A stretch of 64,000 bases of DNA from Minisyncoccota bacterium (GTDB taxonomy: Bacteria; Patescibacteriota; Minisyncoccia; Phycocordibacterales; UBA918). Positions 47,341 through 57,610 of the stretch are shown here, piece by piece. The stretch lies in assembly GCA_041688155.1 (NCBI GenBank), contig JBDNIW010000001.1, positions 7,319-71,318 on the forward strand, read 5' to 3'. The notes below the pieces were generated by a model. That model did not search any database and was not told the origin of the DNA. It was given only the letters and a program-made list of their open reading frames with translations. Both the position numbers and the translations under genes were made by a program. How positions within the stretch are numbered: position 1 is the first letter of the stretch; every line of letters begins with the position of its first letter.

Positions 47341-49008
47341 ATGCAATTCTTTAAAACCCACAAAATAAAATTTGTAATTATTCTCATATTGGCTGGTGGC
47401 GGATATTGGTATACCCAGTCTGATCGGACAGAAGAACCAACGGTAGCAGCGGTAGTGGTTGAACAAGTGGGGCGGGGTGATGTGACTTCAGGGATTGAGA
47501 CGACTGGTGAGATTGTGGCCGCTCAGAAACTTAATCTGGACGTGTATAAACAGATTTCTCGGATTGATCTGGTGAACGTTATTAATGGCGGTACGGTCGC
47601 TGCTGGTGATGTGCTGTTTACCTTTGATGCGAGTAACGCGCTGGTTGCGGTTGAGTCATCTAGAGTAGGGGTGCTGGGGGCAGAGCTCACCCTTGAGAAT
47701 CAACGGGCAAATGTGACCGATCCAAATAGCACCATCCGAACGCTTGAAAACGATATCGTTGCATTAGAAGCGGACATCGCGCAAGCTGGGGTAGATAAAA
47801 ATCGGGCGTATCGGGCGTACCTCAACGCGAACTTGGAACCCGTACCAGGTACGAGTAACACAGTAGATAAAGTGAAGCCAACCATATCTGGTTTGTACAC
47901 AGCGACCAACGAGGGGGAATACCGAGTGAGTGTGTATCGGTCTGGAGCAGACTCTGGTTACTCATATCGAGTTGGTGGGCTGGAGTCTAATACGGAATCT
48001 GTGTTACTAGGAGTACCATCTTTGCTTGGACAATCAGGACTTGAGATTACCTTCCCTTTATCAATAGCCACTGGTGATGCTTGGATTGTTGCGGTTCCAA
48101 ACATCCACGCTCCAGAGTATGTTGCTACGCTTGAATTATACGAGGAGACAATTACTAGTCTAGAGCTACTGGTGGTTGAGGCTGGAGTCAGTATCCAAAA
48201 CAAGCAGCAAGAAATAGAAGATATCTTGCAAACGGACACGACTCAGTTCCGTGATCTTGGGGTGTCCCAAGCCCAAGCTGAATTAGCTCAAGCGCGAGAG
48301 CAGCTTTCACAGAACTTTGATGTTGTGCAGGAGCAAAGTATAGTCGCACCGTTTTCTGGCACGGTTGAGGGCATGGAAAACGTAGTAGTTGGGGCGTCCC
48401 CAACTCGTGATACCAACGACCCTATCACCCTTGGTACCCTTATTTCTGATGATTTTTTAGTGACGTTTTCACTCAGTGCTGTGGATGTGGCAAAGGTCTC
48501 AGTGGGGCAGTTGGTGTTGGTGAACATTACTTCCTTTCCAGATATACCAACCCTTGAGGCTACTATCAACGAGATTAGTTCACTACCAAATAGTGAAGGG
48601 GTAGCGCAGTATGCGGTGCAAGCGTTAATCAACTTACCACCAGAAGCAACAGTCCAGCTACGTGAGGGATTATTGGCTGATATCGAGATTGTGCAAGAGG
48701 TGGCCGTAGATGTAGTGCGAGTCCCTAGTGCAGCGATAGTCTACGAAAACAGACAAGCACAAGTCCGCGTGCTGACCGACCTTACCCCAGAGCAACAAGA
48801 GACAATCACCACTTTGAATATTATTCGAACGATGTCTGATCAGTCGGTTGGGTTTATGGTCGATGTTGAGATTGGTGTAGCGGGCGCATTTTATAGTGAA
48901 ATCATTGGTGGTCTAACGGAGGGGCAATACGTAGTGGTTGGTGATACTGATGATACTGAGTCAGCCCTCAGTGAATCGAGGCGAGGTGGTCGGCCAAATA
49001 ATGATTAA
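47341..49008 (+). CDS. efflux-pump periplasmic adaptor (HlyD/MacA-like membrane fusion protein), long form
   Basis: N-terminal TM anchor, coiled-coil and beta-barrel/lipoyl-like segments; first gene of a three-gene ABC exporter operon; 555 aa. Confidence 0.6.
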   Translation: MQFFKTHKIKFVIILILAGGGYWYTQSDRTEEPTVAAVVVEQVGRGDVTSGIETTGEIVAAQKLNLDVYKQISRIDLVNVINGGTVAAGDVLFTFDASNALVAVESSRVGVLGAELTLENQRANVTDPNSTIRTLENDIVALEADIAQAGVDKNRAYRAYLNANLEPVPGTSNTVDKVKPTISGLYTATNEGEYRVSVYRSGADSGYSYRVGGLESNTESVLLGVPSLLGQSGLEITFPLSIATGDAWIVAVPNIHAPEYVATLELYEETITSLELLVVEAGVSIQNKQQEIEDILQTDTTQFRDLGVSQAQAELAQAREQLSQNFDVVQEQSIVAPFSGTVEGMENVVVGASPTRDTNDPITLGTLISDDFLVTFSLSAVDVAKVSVGQLVLVNITSFPDIPTLEATINEISSLPNSEGVAQYAVQALINLPPEATVQLREGLLADIEIVQEVAVDVVRVPSAAIVYENRQAQVRVLTDLTPEQQETITTLNIIRTMSDQSVGFMVDVEIGVAGAFYSEIIGGLTEGQYVVVGDTDDTESALSESRRGGRPNND

Positions 49009-49013
49009 TCAGT

Positions 49014-49694
49014 ATGACTACACCTGTCGTAGATCTACAACACATCAACAAAGAATTTAAGCTGAGTGCAGAGGTGTCTGTTACGGTGTTGCGTGATGTT
49101 TCGATTCAAATTCAATCAGGTGAAATGGTCGCAATCCTCGGACCCTCTGGATCAGGAAAGTCGACCTTGATGAACTTGATTGGGTGTCTTGATATACCAA
49201 CCTCTGGTGATTACTTTTTTGCTGGGACGAGAGTTAACGATTTATCTGATGACGAGCTGGCAGAGTTACGTTCGTCTGATATTAGCTTTGTCTTTCAGTC
49301 ATTTCATCTCCTCTCAGGGAAAACAGTCTACCAAAATGTACTATTACCATTGCTATACCAGCGATCATTTTCTGGTAGTAAAGACGAAACAGTCAAAGCT
49401 GCCTTGCGACAAGCCCAGCTTGAAGAAGAGCAGTGGTACAAAAAACCAAACCTACTCTCAGGTGGACAGCGACAACGAGTTGCGATCGCACGCGCGTTAG
49501 TTGCTAAACCAAAACTACTACTGGCTGACGAACCAACTGGAAACCTCGATTCCAAAACGGGAGTCAATGTCATGGAAGAACTCAAAACCCTCAATCGTGA
49601 ATATGGAACGACGATTGTAATCGTAACTCACGACGAGAGTCTGGCTGAGATGGTTGATCGGGTGATTACTATTAAAGATGGAGTTGTTTCCTAA
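49014..49694 (+). CDS. ABC transporter ATP-binding protein (MacB/LolD/FtsE-like)
   Basis: Walker [13 protein letters not shown] signature [15 protein letters not shown], Walker [13 protein letters not shown]; 226 aa. Confidence 0.85.
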   Translation: MTTPVVDLQHINKEFKLSAEVSVTVLRDVSIQIQSGEMVAILGPSGSGKSTLMNLIGCLDIPTSGDYFFAGTRVNDLSDDELAELRSSDISFVFQSFHLLSGKTVYQNVLLPLLYQRSFSGSKDETVKAALRQAQLEEEQWYKKPNLLSGGQRQRVAIARALVAKPKLLLADEPTGNLDSKTGVNVMEELKTLNREYGTTIVIVTHDESLAEMVDRVITIKDGVVS

Positions 49695-49699
49695 ATTAT

Positions 49700-50884
49700 A
49701 TGAATCCGTTTAATGTCTTACGAGAAGCCTTGCAGGCGCTACGAAGCAATGCGCTACGTTCATCACTGACAATCATTGGAATCGTGGTGGGTATATTTTC
49801 AGTGACCGCCATGCTGGCGTTAGGGGAGGGGTTGTCTGGCAATATTGCCGAACGGTTTAATGCGTTCACTAGTGGTGATATCACCATCGTTGGTGATATT
49901 ACTGAGCAAGATCTCAGTTGGCTGCAAGACCGACCGTACGCGTCAGTCGTGGTTGGGTTTCAGTCAGCTGGTGGTGTCGACACTATTTTTGCCGGGACAG
50001 ATTTCAACCCGTCAGTACAAACAATCTTGGGTGAGTACGAAGCGATAACAGGATTTGAGCTTATCTCAGGAAACGCTTTTGATTTTACCGATGCAGAGTT
50101 TGCTGAGCGGGTCGCTATTGTCGACGAAGGATTTCTAGATAGCGTCGAGACCGATAGTGGGGCAGATGCCAGTAGTGGAATCGTGATACTTAACGGCCAG
50201 CGCTTCACAATCATCGGGGTACGCGAGGGAGGTAGTGGTGGGTTTGGCCGTCGGGGAGATGGTGCAATTATCGTACCGTACGCGGCAGCCCTGGGGGTGG
50301 TGACCAATACTACCCAGTTTTCTTCAGTCGGGATGAACCTAAATGACGTAGCTTATTTTGAAACCTACTCAAAACATATCCTGACGTCTCTCAATGCCTC
50401 TCGGTATGTAGAGCCAGATAGTGACGAATTCTTTGGGGTGAGTAGTGCGCAGGAATTTATCAAAACTGCCCTTGAAACAACGGCGATGATCAGCGTGTTT
50501 CTAGGGGTGATTGGTGGTATTGCATTGTTTGTGGGTGGGATTGGAACCATGAACATGATGCTCACCACAGTAACTGAACGGACCAAAGAAATTGGTTTAC
50601 GTAAAGCGGTTGGCGCTCGCAATAAAGACGTTCTGTTACAGATTTTATTTGAATCAGTCTTGCTGACGTTGCTCGGGGGAGCGATTGGGATTGCTTTGAC
50701 CTACGGGGTGGCATACATCGCGAACCGGGTACTCGCTGACAATGATTTCTTGAGTATCTCCATGTCTGGAACTGTAGTCTTATACGCCGTCATCGTTTCA
50801 TTTTGTGTTGGGATTATTTTTGGATTGTACCCAGCCCGAAATGCTTCGAGACTTCAGCCAGTAGACGCGTTACGAAGTGACTAA
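49700..50884 (+). CDS. ABC transporter permease, FtsX/MacB-type
   Basis: N-terminal TM helix, large periplasmic domain, C-terminal FtsX 3-TM bundle; 394 aa. Confidence 0.75.
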   Translation: MNPFNVLREALQALRSNALRSSLTIIGIVVGIFSVTAMLALGEGLSGNIAERFNAFTSGDITIVGDITEQDLSWLQDRPYASVVVGFQSAGGVDTIFAGTDFNPSVQTILGEYEAITGFELISGNAFDFTDAEFAERVAIVDEGFLDSVETDSGADASSGIVILNGQRFTIIGVREGGSGGFGRRGDGAIIVPYAAALGVVTNTTQFSSVGMNLNDVAYFETYSKHILTSLNASRYVEPDSDEFFGVSSAQEFIKTALETTAMISVFLGVIGGIALFVGGIGTMNMMLTTVTERTKEIGLRKAVGARNKDVLLQILFESVLLTLLGGAIGIALTYGVAYIANRVLADNDFLSISMSGTVVLYAVIVSFCVGIIFGLYPARNASRLQPVDALRSD

Positions 50885-51119
50885 TACTGATTTTGTACAG
50901 TGTTCGCTATAGAGTAGGAATTACAATTCAGGTATTTTGATGTAAAAAAGTATGAAAAGGTTAGCTGTTTTATTGCCACTATCTATTGAGATTGGACTGA
51001 TGGAGCTTTGTTGCAGGACACTCTAGAGGTAGTCACTCCACTTTGGACCTAACCTAAATAGGCCACCTATATATCGATATCAACAGTTACAAAATATGAG
51101 GAGATAATTTATTGCTATT

Positions 51120-53363
51120 ATGAAATCTATGAATTCACACCAACCAAGTGTAGTCACTCTTTGTACCAAAGCTTTATTTATAACTAGTGTCGTAACCGCT
51201 TTATTTTTTATCATCGGTATTCAGGTGGCTGCTGCGCAGACACCTGGCTCATTTAGTACCACCTGGCAGACCGACAATCCGGGAACTAGTAGCTCAACTG
51301 CTATTACCATCCCTACTACCGGTGGAGGATTTAACTACACAGTCTACTGGGAAGAAGTTGGTACTCCAGGGAATAACGGAACAAGTACAGGACTTACTGG
51401 TGACGCGACGATTGATTTTCCAAGTGCGGGTACCTACCGAGTAGATATTACCGGTGATTTCCCAGAGATTTTCTTTGACGGTGCTGGTGATCAAGAAAAG
51501 ATTCTCACCATTGAACAGTGGGGAACTATTGCCTGGAGTAGTATGTATCATGCTTTCTATGGTACGACTAATTTGACGTACGAAGCTACAGACGCACCTG
51601 ACCTTTCATCCGTAATTGATTTAGCTGGCATGTTTTTTGGCGCCACTGCTTTTAACGGCAATCTTGATACGTGGGATGTGAGTAATGTTGTTGCTATGGG
51701 TGATATGTTTCGCGATGCAACCAGCTTCAACGGGACACTTAATGGCTGGGGTTCTGATATTGGTTCGGTTACAAACATGTCTGCAATGTTTCAAGGTGCC
51801 ACCAGCTTCAACCAACCACTAGATACCTGGGACGTAAGTAGTGTGACTAACATGGGAAATATGTTTCGAGATGCTAACAGCTTCGACAGTGCTCTCAACG
51901 GCTGGGGTGCTAATACAGGAATTGTTACAAACATGCTTTCAATGTTTGAAGGTGCCACCAGCTTCAACCAACCACTAGATACCTGGGACGTAAGTAGTGT
52001 GACTAACATGGGAAATATGTTTCGAGATGCAACAGCCTTTAATCGACCACTAGAGGATTGGAACGTGAGTAGTGTTGTGAGTATGTCGTCCATGTTTGAA
52101 GGGGCTACTAACTTTAACGGTGCCCTCAATGGCTGGGGTACCACGACGGCATCGGTGACCACTATGTTTGATATGTTTGAGAGTGCAGCTAACTTCAACC
52201 AGCCATTGGATAACTGGGATGTAAGTAGTGTGACTAATATGAATGATATGTTCCAAAACTCTGTCAACTTCAACGGTGCCCTTAACGGCTGGGGTACCAC
52301 GACGGCATCGGTGACTAATATGCAGTCGATGTTTAATGGGGCAGATAGTTTCAATCAACCACTTGATCAGTGGGATGTGAGTAGTGTTACAAGTATGGCG
52401 TTCATGTTCCTTGACGCTGGTAATTTTAACAGTGCCCTCAATGGTTGGGGGACCACTACTGCCAGTGTTACTAGTATGTTTGGTATGTTCGAAGATGCGA
52501 GTAACTTCAATCAACCGCTTGGTACATGGGATGTAAGTAGTACTACAAACATGAATCGTCTATTCCAAAATGCTGCCAACTTTAATCAACCAATCGAGAC
52601 TTGGGATGTGAGTAGTGTTAACAACATGCAGGCAATGTTTAACGGTGCTACTAATTTCAACCAACCGCTTGGTGCGTGGGATATTAGAAATGTGCCACCT
52701 ACTGGTCTCGCGAACACCTTTGATGGAACCGCTTGGAGTAAAGAAAGCTACTCAGCTACGTTAGAGGGATGGAGTGCTCAAGGAAGTACACCTCCAGGTC
52801 TAGATTTAGAAACTACCGCCCAGTACCTTGCAACAGCTGAATCAGCTCGGCAGATGCTCATTTCTAATGGTTGGACTATCACTGATGGTGGAGTGTATAC
52901 AGCACCCCCAAGTGGAGGAAGTAGTGGAACCCGTACCCGAATGCCATCTACGTCACAAATATTACCACCCGCACCACCAACATCCGCACCACCAACATCC
53001 GAAGTACCAGTCGATCGAGATGAGATTTTAGTACGCATCGCAGAGTTAGAACAACTAATAGTTCTCCTGCAAACCCAAGCTGGAATGCCAGTGTCGCCAA
53101 TCCCAACAGATTCAGAAATACCAGATGATTGTTTTTTCAGTCGTGACCTCATGACTGGCTCTAGTGGGGAAGACGTTACTTGTCTACAGTCGTACTTAAC
53201 GAGTACTGGAGACTTCAGTTACTCTGAAGGACCGACTGGCTACTATGGTGAGGTGACCAGAACCGCAGTGCGACGATGGCAAGAGCGGAACGAAATACTT
53301 CCAGCAGCGGGCTACTTTGGCTCAATCTCTCAACGTACCTCTCGTAGTGCGTATACTAAATAG
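51120..53363 (+). CDS. large secreted surface protein with DUF285 (BspA-like) repeats, a Pro/Thr-rich linker and a C-terminal peptidoglycan-binding domain
   Basis: Signal peptide; at least 12 repeats of the FNQPLDTWDVSSVTNMxxMF type (DUF285). The C-terminus GSSGEDVTCLQSYLTSTG...YYGEVTRTAVRRWQERNEIL resembles a PG_binding_1 domain. Internal nucleotide repeats include an ~88-nt near-identical copy at 51796..51883 and 51955..52042. Confidence 0.7.
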   Translation: MKSMNSHQPSVVTLCTKALFITSVVTALFFIIGIQVAAAQTPGSFSTTWQTDNPGTSSSTAITIPTTGGGFNYTVYWEEVGTPGNNGTSTGLTGDATIDFPSAGTYRVDITGDFPEIFFDGAGDQEKILTIEQWGTIAWSSMYHAFYGTTNLTYEATDAPDLSSVIDLAGMFFGATAFNGNLDTWDVSNVVAMGDMFRDATSFNGTLNGWGSDIGSVTNMSAMFQGATSFNQPLDTWDVSSVTNMGNMFRDANSFDSALNGWGANTGIVTNMLSMFEGATSFNQPLDTWDVSSVTNMGNMFRDATAFNRPLEDWNVSSVVSMSSMFEGATNFNGALNGWGTTTASVTTMFDMFESAANFNQPLDNWDVSSVTNMNDMFQNSVNFNGALNGWGTTTASVTNMQSMFNGADSFNQPLDQWDVSSVTSMAFMFLDAGNFNSALNGWGTTTASVTSMFGMFEDASNFNQPLGTWDVSSTTNMNRLFQNAANFNQPIETWDVSSVNNMQAMFNGATNFNQPLGAWDIRNVPPTGLANTFDGTAWSKESYSATLEGWSAQGSTPPGLDLETTAQYLATAESARQMLISNGWTITDGGVYTAPPSGGSSGTRTRMPSTSQILPPAPPTSAPPTSEVPVDRDEILVRIAELEQLIVLLQTQAGMPVSPIPTDSEIPDDCFFSRDLMTGSSGEDVTCLQSYLTSTGDFSYSEGPTGYYGEVTRTAVRRWQERNEILPAAGYFGSISQRTSRSAYTK

Positions 53364-53524
53364 ATACTAACTAAAACAAAAAAGCCAGCGTGAAGCTGGT
53401 CTTTTTGTTTTGAGCTCTATCAATATATTTTGGTGTGGCGTCGAAAGTTGTCAGCTTAGTTTTCAGTGTGTACACGTTGCGCTACTGTCCGTTAAGTGTA
53501 AGAGTAACTAATGTAAGTCGTTAT

Positions 53525-54022
53525 ATGAATCAGGACACCCAAGAACAAGTGTTTATAGAATCTTTCTCCACCTATGGAGATGCTATTTTTCGATTTTGTA
53601 TGGTCAAAGTATCAAATAAAGAATTAGCAGAAGATATGACGCAAGAGGTGTTCACGAGGTACTGGCAATACCTGCGGAATGGAAAAGAAATGACGAACAC
53701 TCGTTCGTTCCTCTATACCATCGCAAATAATATGGCCAAGGATTGGTACAAAAAGAAAAAGTCTGATTCCTTGGATGCGAAAATGGAATCAGGTCAAGTG
53801 CCAAAAGATACCAGTGCTAGTCCAGAGGAAGTCGCATCATATCAAGAGGTACTCGAGGCAATGAACGGTATGGAGGAAAAAGACGCGGAAGTGTTACTGC
53901 TAAAGTTTGTCGAAGGGTTAGATCCAAAAGATATAGCTAAAATTTTAGGAGAAACAGCTAACACTGTATCTGTCCGTATCAATCGAGCGACCAAACGGCT
54001 GCAGCAAAAAATGCATATATGA
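53525..54022 (+). CDS. ECF-subfamily RNA polymerase sigma factor
   Basis: Sigma-70 region 2 (FRFCMVKVSNKELAEDMTQEVFTRYWQYL) and region 4 HTH (DIAKILGETANTVSVRINRATKRL). The start is moved to the internal Met at 53525. The stop overlaps the next gene's start as ATGA. Confidence 0.75.
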   Translation: MNQDTQEQVFIESFSTYGDAIFRFCMVKVSNKELAEDMTQEVFTRYWQYLRNGKEMTNTRSFLYTIANNMAKDWYKKKKSDSLDAKMESGQVPKDTSASPEEVASYQEVLEAMNGMEEKDAEVLLLKFVEGLDPKDIAKILGETANTVSVRINRATKRLQQKMHI

Positions 54023-55248
54023 ACAAAGATAAAAATACTGATACCTATCTAAAAAAACTAGCAGACATACAACTGTCTGACTCTTCTCGTTCTCGTATGG
54101 AGGATGAATTGCTTGCGCACGCTCGTTTTCATGGTGTAAGAGTTGGGGAGGATAGTCGTTCTATAGTACAAGTACCGCAGCGCACTCTATTATTTACCTT
54201 ACTTAAACAAACAAAATCTATGACCGCAGCAATAATTATGATCATGCTGATCGCTGGAGGAGGGACTACATTCGCCGCTGAAGGGGCCGTGCCAGGTGAT
54301 TTCTTGTATACAGTAAAAACAGAAGTAAATGAAAACGTAAAAAGTGCGTTTGCTATTTCAAGTGAAGCTGAAGCCCGACTGCAAGCTCGACTCGTCGAAG
54401 AACGACTAGAAGAAGCTGAGGAACTCGCCGCTCGAGGTGAACTTACTGCTGAAGTTGCAGCTGATCTCAGTGCCCGCATCCAAACCCACACCAACCAAGC
54501 CCAAGAGCAAAGTGAGAAAGGAGAAGCTAAAGGTGACTATGAATCTTCAGCCACTGTCCGAGCTTCTTTGGAAGGAAGTTTTCGAGCCTACGCTGACGTA
54601 TTAGCCGGTCTGAATACTCGAGTGTCTGGTAACGATGGCGCATCATTAGTAACTGATATTCGAAGCTATGCTGACCTAACGGCAAACGCTCAAGCCACTG
54701 CAACGGCCACTATCGACGCCTTTGTCAATATGAAAGCCACAGCCCAAGCAACAATTGATCGAGCTGATAATTACATCACAGAAGTAGAAGTTACACTCAA
54801 TCAGGCAGCCTCTGAACTATCAGCCCAGGCGTACGCTCGAGCTGACGTTCGATTAAACGAAGCTATAGCTGTCCAAGCTGAAGCAAAAGCTTCTTTCCAA
54901 ACTGAAGCCTATCGAGCTGCCTACACGACAACTCAAGCAGCGATGCGGATTGCAAGTGAAGTAGACGCAATGATAAACAGTATGCTCCGATTACAGGTAG
55001 ATGTGAATGTAGAGAACGTGCTTGATGGGATACTCGATGTTCGTACTGAAACTGACGAGCAGACAAACAGACGAACTAATTCTGAAGAAAATACAGAGTC
55101 GACAGATAGTCCTGATGCAGCTGGTTCAGATAGAGCAACTGATAGTTCTGCTGAGGTAAATGCAACCACAGACGCAAGTGTAGACGCAGATATCATTGAT
55201 GTTGATATACAAACTGATACATCAGTACGAGGAGGACTACGTCTATAA
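54019..55248 (+). CDS. putative anti-sigma factor: short cytoplasmic N-terminus, one TM helix, long Ala-rich helical extracytoplasmic domain (DUF5667-like)
   Basis: Translationally coupled to the ECF sigma gene; TM MTAAIIMIMLIAGGG; about 330 aa of coiled-coil-prone A/E/Q-rich sequence. The terminator aaaatcccc-agaa-ggggatttt follows at 55268..55289. Confidence 0.5.
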   Translation: MNKDKNTDTYLKKLADIQLSDSSRSRMEDELLAHARFHGVRVGEDSRSIVQVPQRTLLFTLLKQTKSMTAAIIMIMLIAGGGTTFAAEGAVPGDFLYTVKTEVNENVKSAFAISSEAEARLQARLVEERLEEAEELAARGELTAEVAADLSARIQTHTNQAQEQSEKGEAKGDYESSATVRASLEGSFRAYADVLAGLNTRVSGNDGASLVTDIRSYADLTANAQATATATIDAFVNMKATAQATIDRADNYITEVEVTLNQAASELSAQAYARADVRLNEAIAVQAEAKASFQTEAYRAAYTTTQAAMRIASEVDAMINSMLRLQVDVNVENVLDGILDVRTETDEQTNRRTNSEENTESTDSPDAAGSDRATDSSAEVNATTDASVDADIIDVDIQTDTSVRGGLRL

Positions 55249-55751
55249 AGCTAACTAAACATCCATCAAAATCCCCAGAAGGGGATTTTGTAACTCCGGA
55301 GGACCTGCTTCCGGGTAGCCCAATAAAATTATTTACACAGTACAGTCTAGAATTTAAGCAGGGACAGTAGTTTCCTAAAAGTATGGTGTAATAAAAATTT
55401 TTAACTGAGGAAACCTGAAAAGGGGTCAGCTATCTTTCTTGAGCGCTGCTCTCATGGACGAACGTAAACTACGGGCAATACTGCTCGAGCAGGGAAGGTT
55501 GGCAAAGTGCTTCCAACCTTTTAGTGGTTTAAAAGAATCACCGCTTTAAAGCCTGCTTTAAAGCGGTGATTCTTATTACTTTGGGACGATGTCGTGGAGT
55601 GAGAATTGGCTCAGTGTCCCGGCGCATGACGCTTCTGCCAGACACGCCGACAAAATGTACAGTCTCTGTATAGAGATGGTTGCACTGTGCGTGAGGACAG
55701 GTGAGATATGGCGGCCTATATTACAGCCGTATATTTTGCTACAATTTAAAT

Positions 55752-56783
55752 ATGGAAAAACTACCAAAGCTGAAGCCGGGAGATAAAGTCGCTATCGTTT
55801 CACCTAGTTTTGCGGCGCCAGGTGTTTGGCCACATGTACATCAGCTGGGACTAGAGCGGTTGCGTGACGTGTTTGGCCTAGACCCGGTTGCGTATCCAGC
55901 TACAGCCAATGTAGGTGCTACTACACAAGAGAAAGCCGCTGATTTGGTGTCTGCGTTTTCTGATCCAGACATAAAAGCAGTGATTGCTACCCTGGGGGGA
56001 GATATTCAAGTTACCTATATCAAGCACCTTGACCCGACAGTTTTTAGGGAAAATTCAAAGCCGTTTTTTGGGTTTAGTGATAACTCTCATTTCTCTAATT
56101 TTTTGTTCCTCAATGGCGTGCCTTCGTACTACGGAGCCGCTTTGTTTACCCAATTTGCCAGACAAGGTGCATTGGATGAATATACCGTTACGTACATCAA
56201 ACACGCTTTATTTGATAAGGGGGAGTTCGAGCTAGTACCGTCTGAAACATATAACGATGTTGGGCTTGGTTGGGATGATCCCGAGTTACTCACGTCATTC
56301 AGAGAGGTAGAGAAGAGTGATGGATGGTTCTGGGATGGCGAAACGGATGCAGTCGGACGGCTGTGGGGTGGTTGCGTTGAATCAGTGGACGAGATGCTGC
56401 GACATGGAGTACCTATTCCATCTCTCCAACAGTTTGAAGATATCGTGCTGATGCTTGAAACATCAGAAGAAATCCCTACGGCTGATTATGTGAAGCGGGT
56501 ACTAAGAGCATTGGGTGAGCGGGGCATTCTGGAGCGAGTGAACGGGGTGTTGATGGGACGCCCCAAAGCCTGGGAGTTTGATAGACCACAGACAGCCAAA
56601 GAAAAAGCCACGTACCGTGAAGAGCAGAGAGAGGCAGTTTTGAGTACCGTTCGCCAATATAATAAATCTATCCCCATTGTACAGAACCTAAACTTTGGAC
56701 ACACAGATCCACAGATCCCGATGCCGTATGGAAATATAGTCCGTATTGTTGCAGATGAGAAGAGAATCTTTGCTCAGTTCTAA
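55752..56783 (+). CDS. ldcA: LD-carboxypeptidase (peptidase S66, LdcA-like)
   Basis: LKPGDKVAIVSPS N-terminal motif and overall S66 layout. The start is moved to MEKLPKLK at 55752. Confidence 0.6.
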   Translation: MEKLPKLKPGDKVAIVSPSFAAPGVWPHVHQLGLERLRDVFGLDPVAYPATANVGATTQEKAADLVSAFSDPDIKAVIATLGGDIQVTYIKHLDPTVFRENSKPFFGFSDNSHFSNFLFLNGVPSYYGAALFTQFARQGALDEYTVTYIKHALFDKGEFELVPSETYNDVGLGWDDPELLTSFREVEKSDGWFWDGETDAVGRLWGGCVESVDEMLRHGVPIPSLQQFEDIVLMLETSEEIPTADYVKRVLRALGERGILERVNGVLMGRPKAWEFDRPQTAKEKATYREEQREAVLSTVRQYNKSIPIVQNLNFGHTDPQIPMPYGNIVRIVADEKRIFAQF

Positions 56784-56942
56784 TGTCTTGGTAGAGTATA
56801 AAAATAACCTTAGAGAAACCTACTTTAAAACGCTGGTCAGCTCTTCCAACTCTAGTGGAACCAATTGGAAGGATTAGGCCTTGATTGATAAAGTGAGCCC
56901 AGGATTTATTATAGGTAAGAGGGGAGTAAGTAGTTTTCCTAA

Positions 56943-57203
56943 CTAACCGTACAGTTCGCTGTGTGAACCGATAGATGAAAAATATATAGTATCTGTGTCT
57001 TTGATCGCAAAAACAGCCCTAACATCAGCGTTTACATTAAAACTTTGGTATCCTTTATATTTTCCGGCTAAGGTGTGGACGTGTAGTAAGGGGTGAGTTT
57101 CTTCTTCGATATATAGTTTCAAGCGTATTGCAAACTGTTTCTGAATCTTTAGGGGTAGTTTTTTGTACTGCTTATCAAAGCGTTTGCTACGAGAAATATA
57201 CAT
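56943..57203 (-). CDS. type II toxin, YafQ/RelE family
   Basis: KRFDKQYKKLPLKIQKQ...LAGKYKGYQSFNVNADVRAVFAIKDTDTIYFSSIGSHSELYG closely follows the YafQ pattern (..W.GYRD.HV.PD..LIY.......L.F.R.G.H..LF); 86 aa. Confidence 0.65.
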   Translation of the reverse strand: MYISRSKRFDKQYKKLPLKIQKQFAIRLKLYIEEETHPLLHVHTLAGKYKGYQSFNVNADVRAVFAIKDTDTIYFSSIGSHSELYG

Positions 57204-57206
57204 AGG

Positions 57207-57482
57207 TTACTTGTTGAGGGCTGCAATGAAGTCATCGACATTATTAAATTTCTTGACCTGGCCAGCTTTGTACTCGAGCTCAGCTTCTTCAAGAATGCTC
57301 TCAAGGTAGGGGGTGGGGCGGTACTGATTGGCAGACAGAGTGATTTCCTTATCGCGTACAAACTGCTTCAAAAAAGCATTGACAACAGTACTCAAGGGTA
57401 CACCTAATTCCTCAGCCACTTTCTTAGCCTCAGCCTTTAGGTTTTTGTCAGTCTTTACATTTAAAATGGTATGCGTGTTCAT
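57207..57482 (-). CDS. DinJ/RelB-family antitoxin
   Basis: MNTHTILNVKTDKNLKAEAKKVAEELGVPLSTVVNAFLKQFVRDKEI has the RHH/DinJ pattern; its stop lies 3 nt before the YafQ-like start. The start is moved to the internal Met at 57482. Confidence 0.6.
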   Translation of the reverse strand: MNTHTILNVKTDKNLKAEAKKVAEELGVPLSTVVNAFLKQFVRDKEITLSANQYRPTPYLESILEEAELEYKAGQVKKFNNVDDFIAALNK

Positions 57483-57610
57483 ATACCAAAGTATATACAT
57501 TGGTATACTCGTGTCAAGCGACATCGAGCCACAGCTTGGGGGTAGCGTCGTAGGGGCTCCAGGAACTGGGTTTGAGGAGGGGGAGGGGATGAAATGATTT
57601 ACATCTCAGG

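Noticed and set aside
51120-53363. CRISPR array suggested by regularly spaced repeats
   Set aside because: The repeats are in-frame, translate to DUF285 protein repeats, vary in length and sequence like protein repeats, and lie inside a long ORF with a signal peptide and a C-terminal domain.
37487-55330. Recurring CCGGAGGACC / GGTCCTCCGG motif at 37497, 40118 and 55301 as a possible shared regulatory site
   Set aside because: Each occurrence is the loop or stem region of an ordinary intergenic terminator-like hairpin at a gene end. Three short GC-rich matches in 64 kb are not distinguishable from chance.
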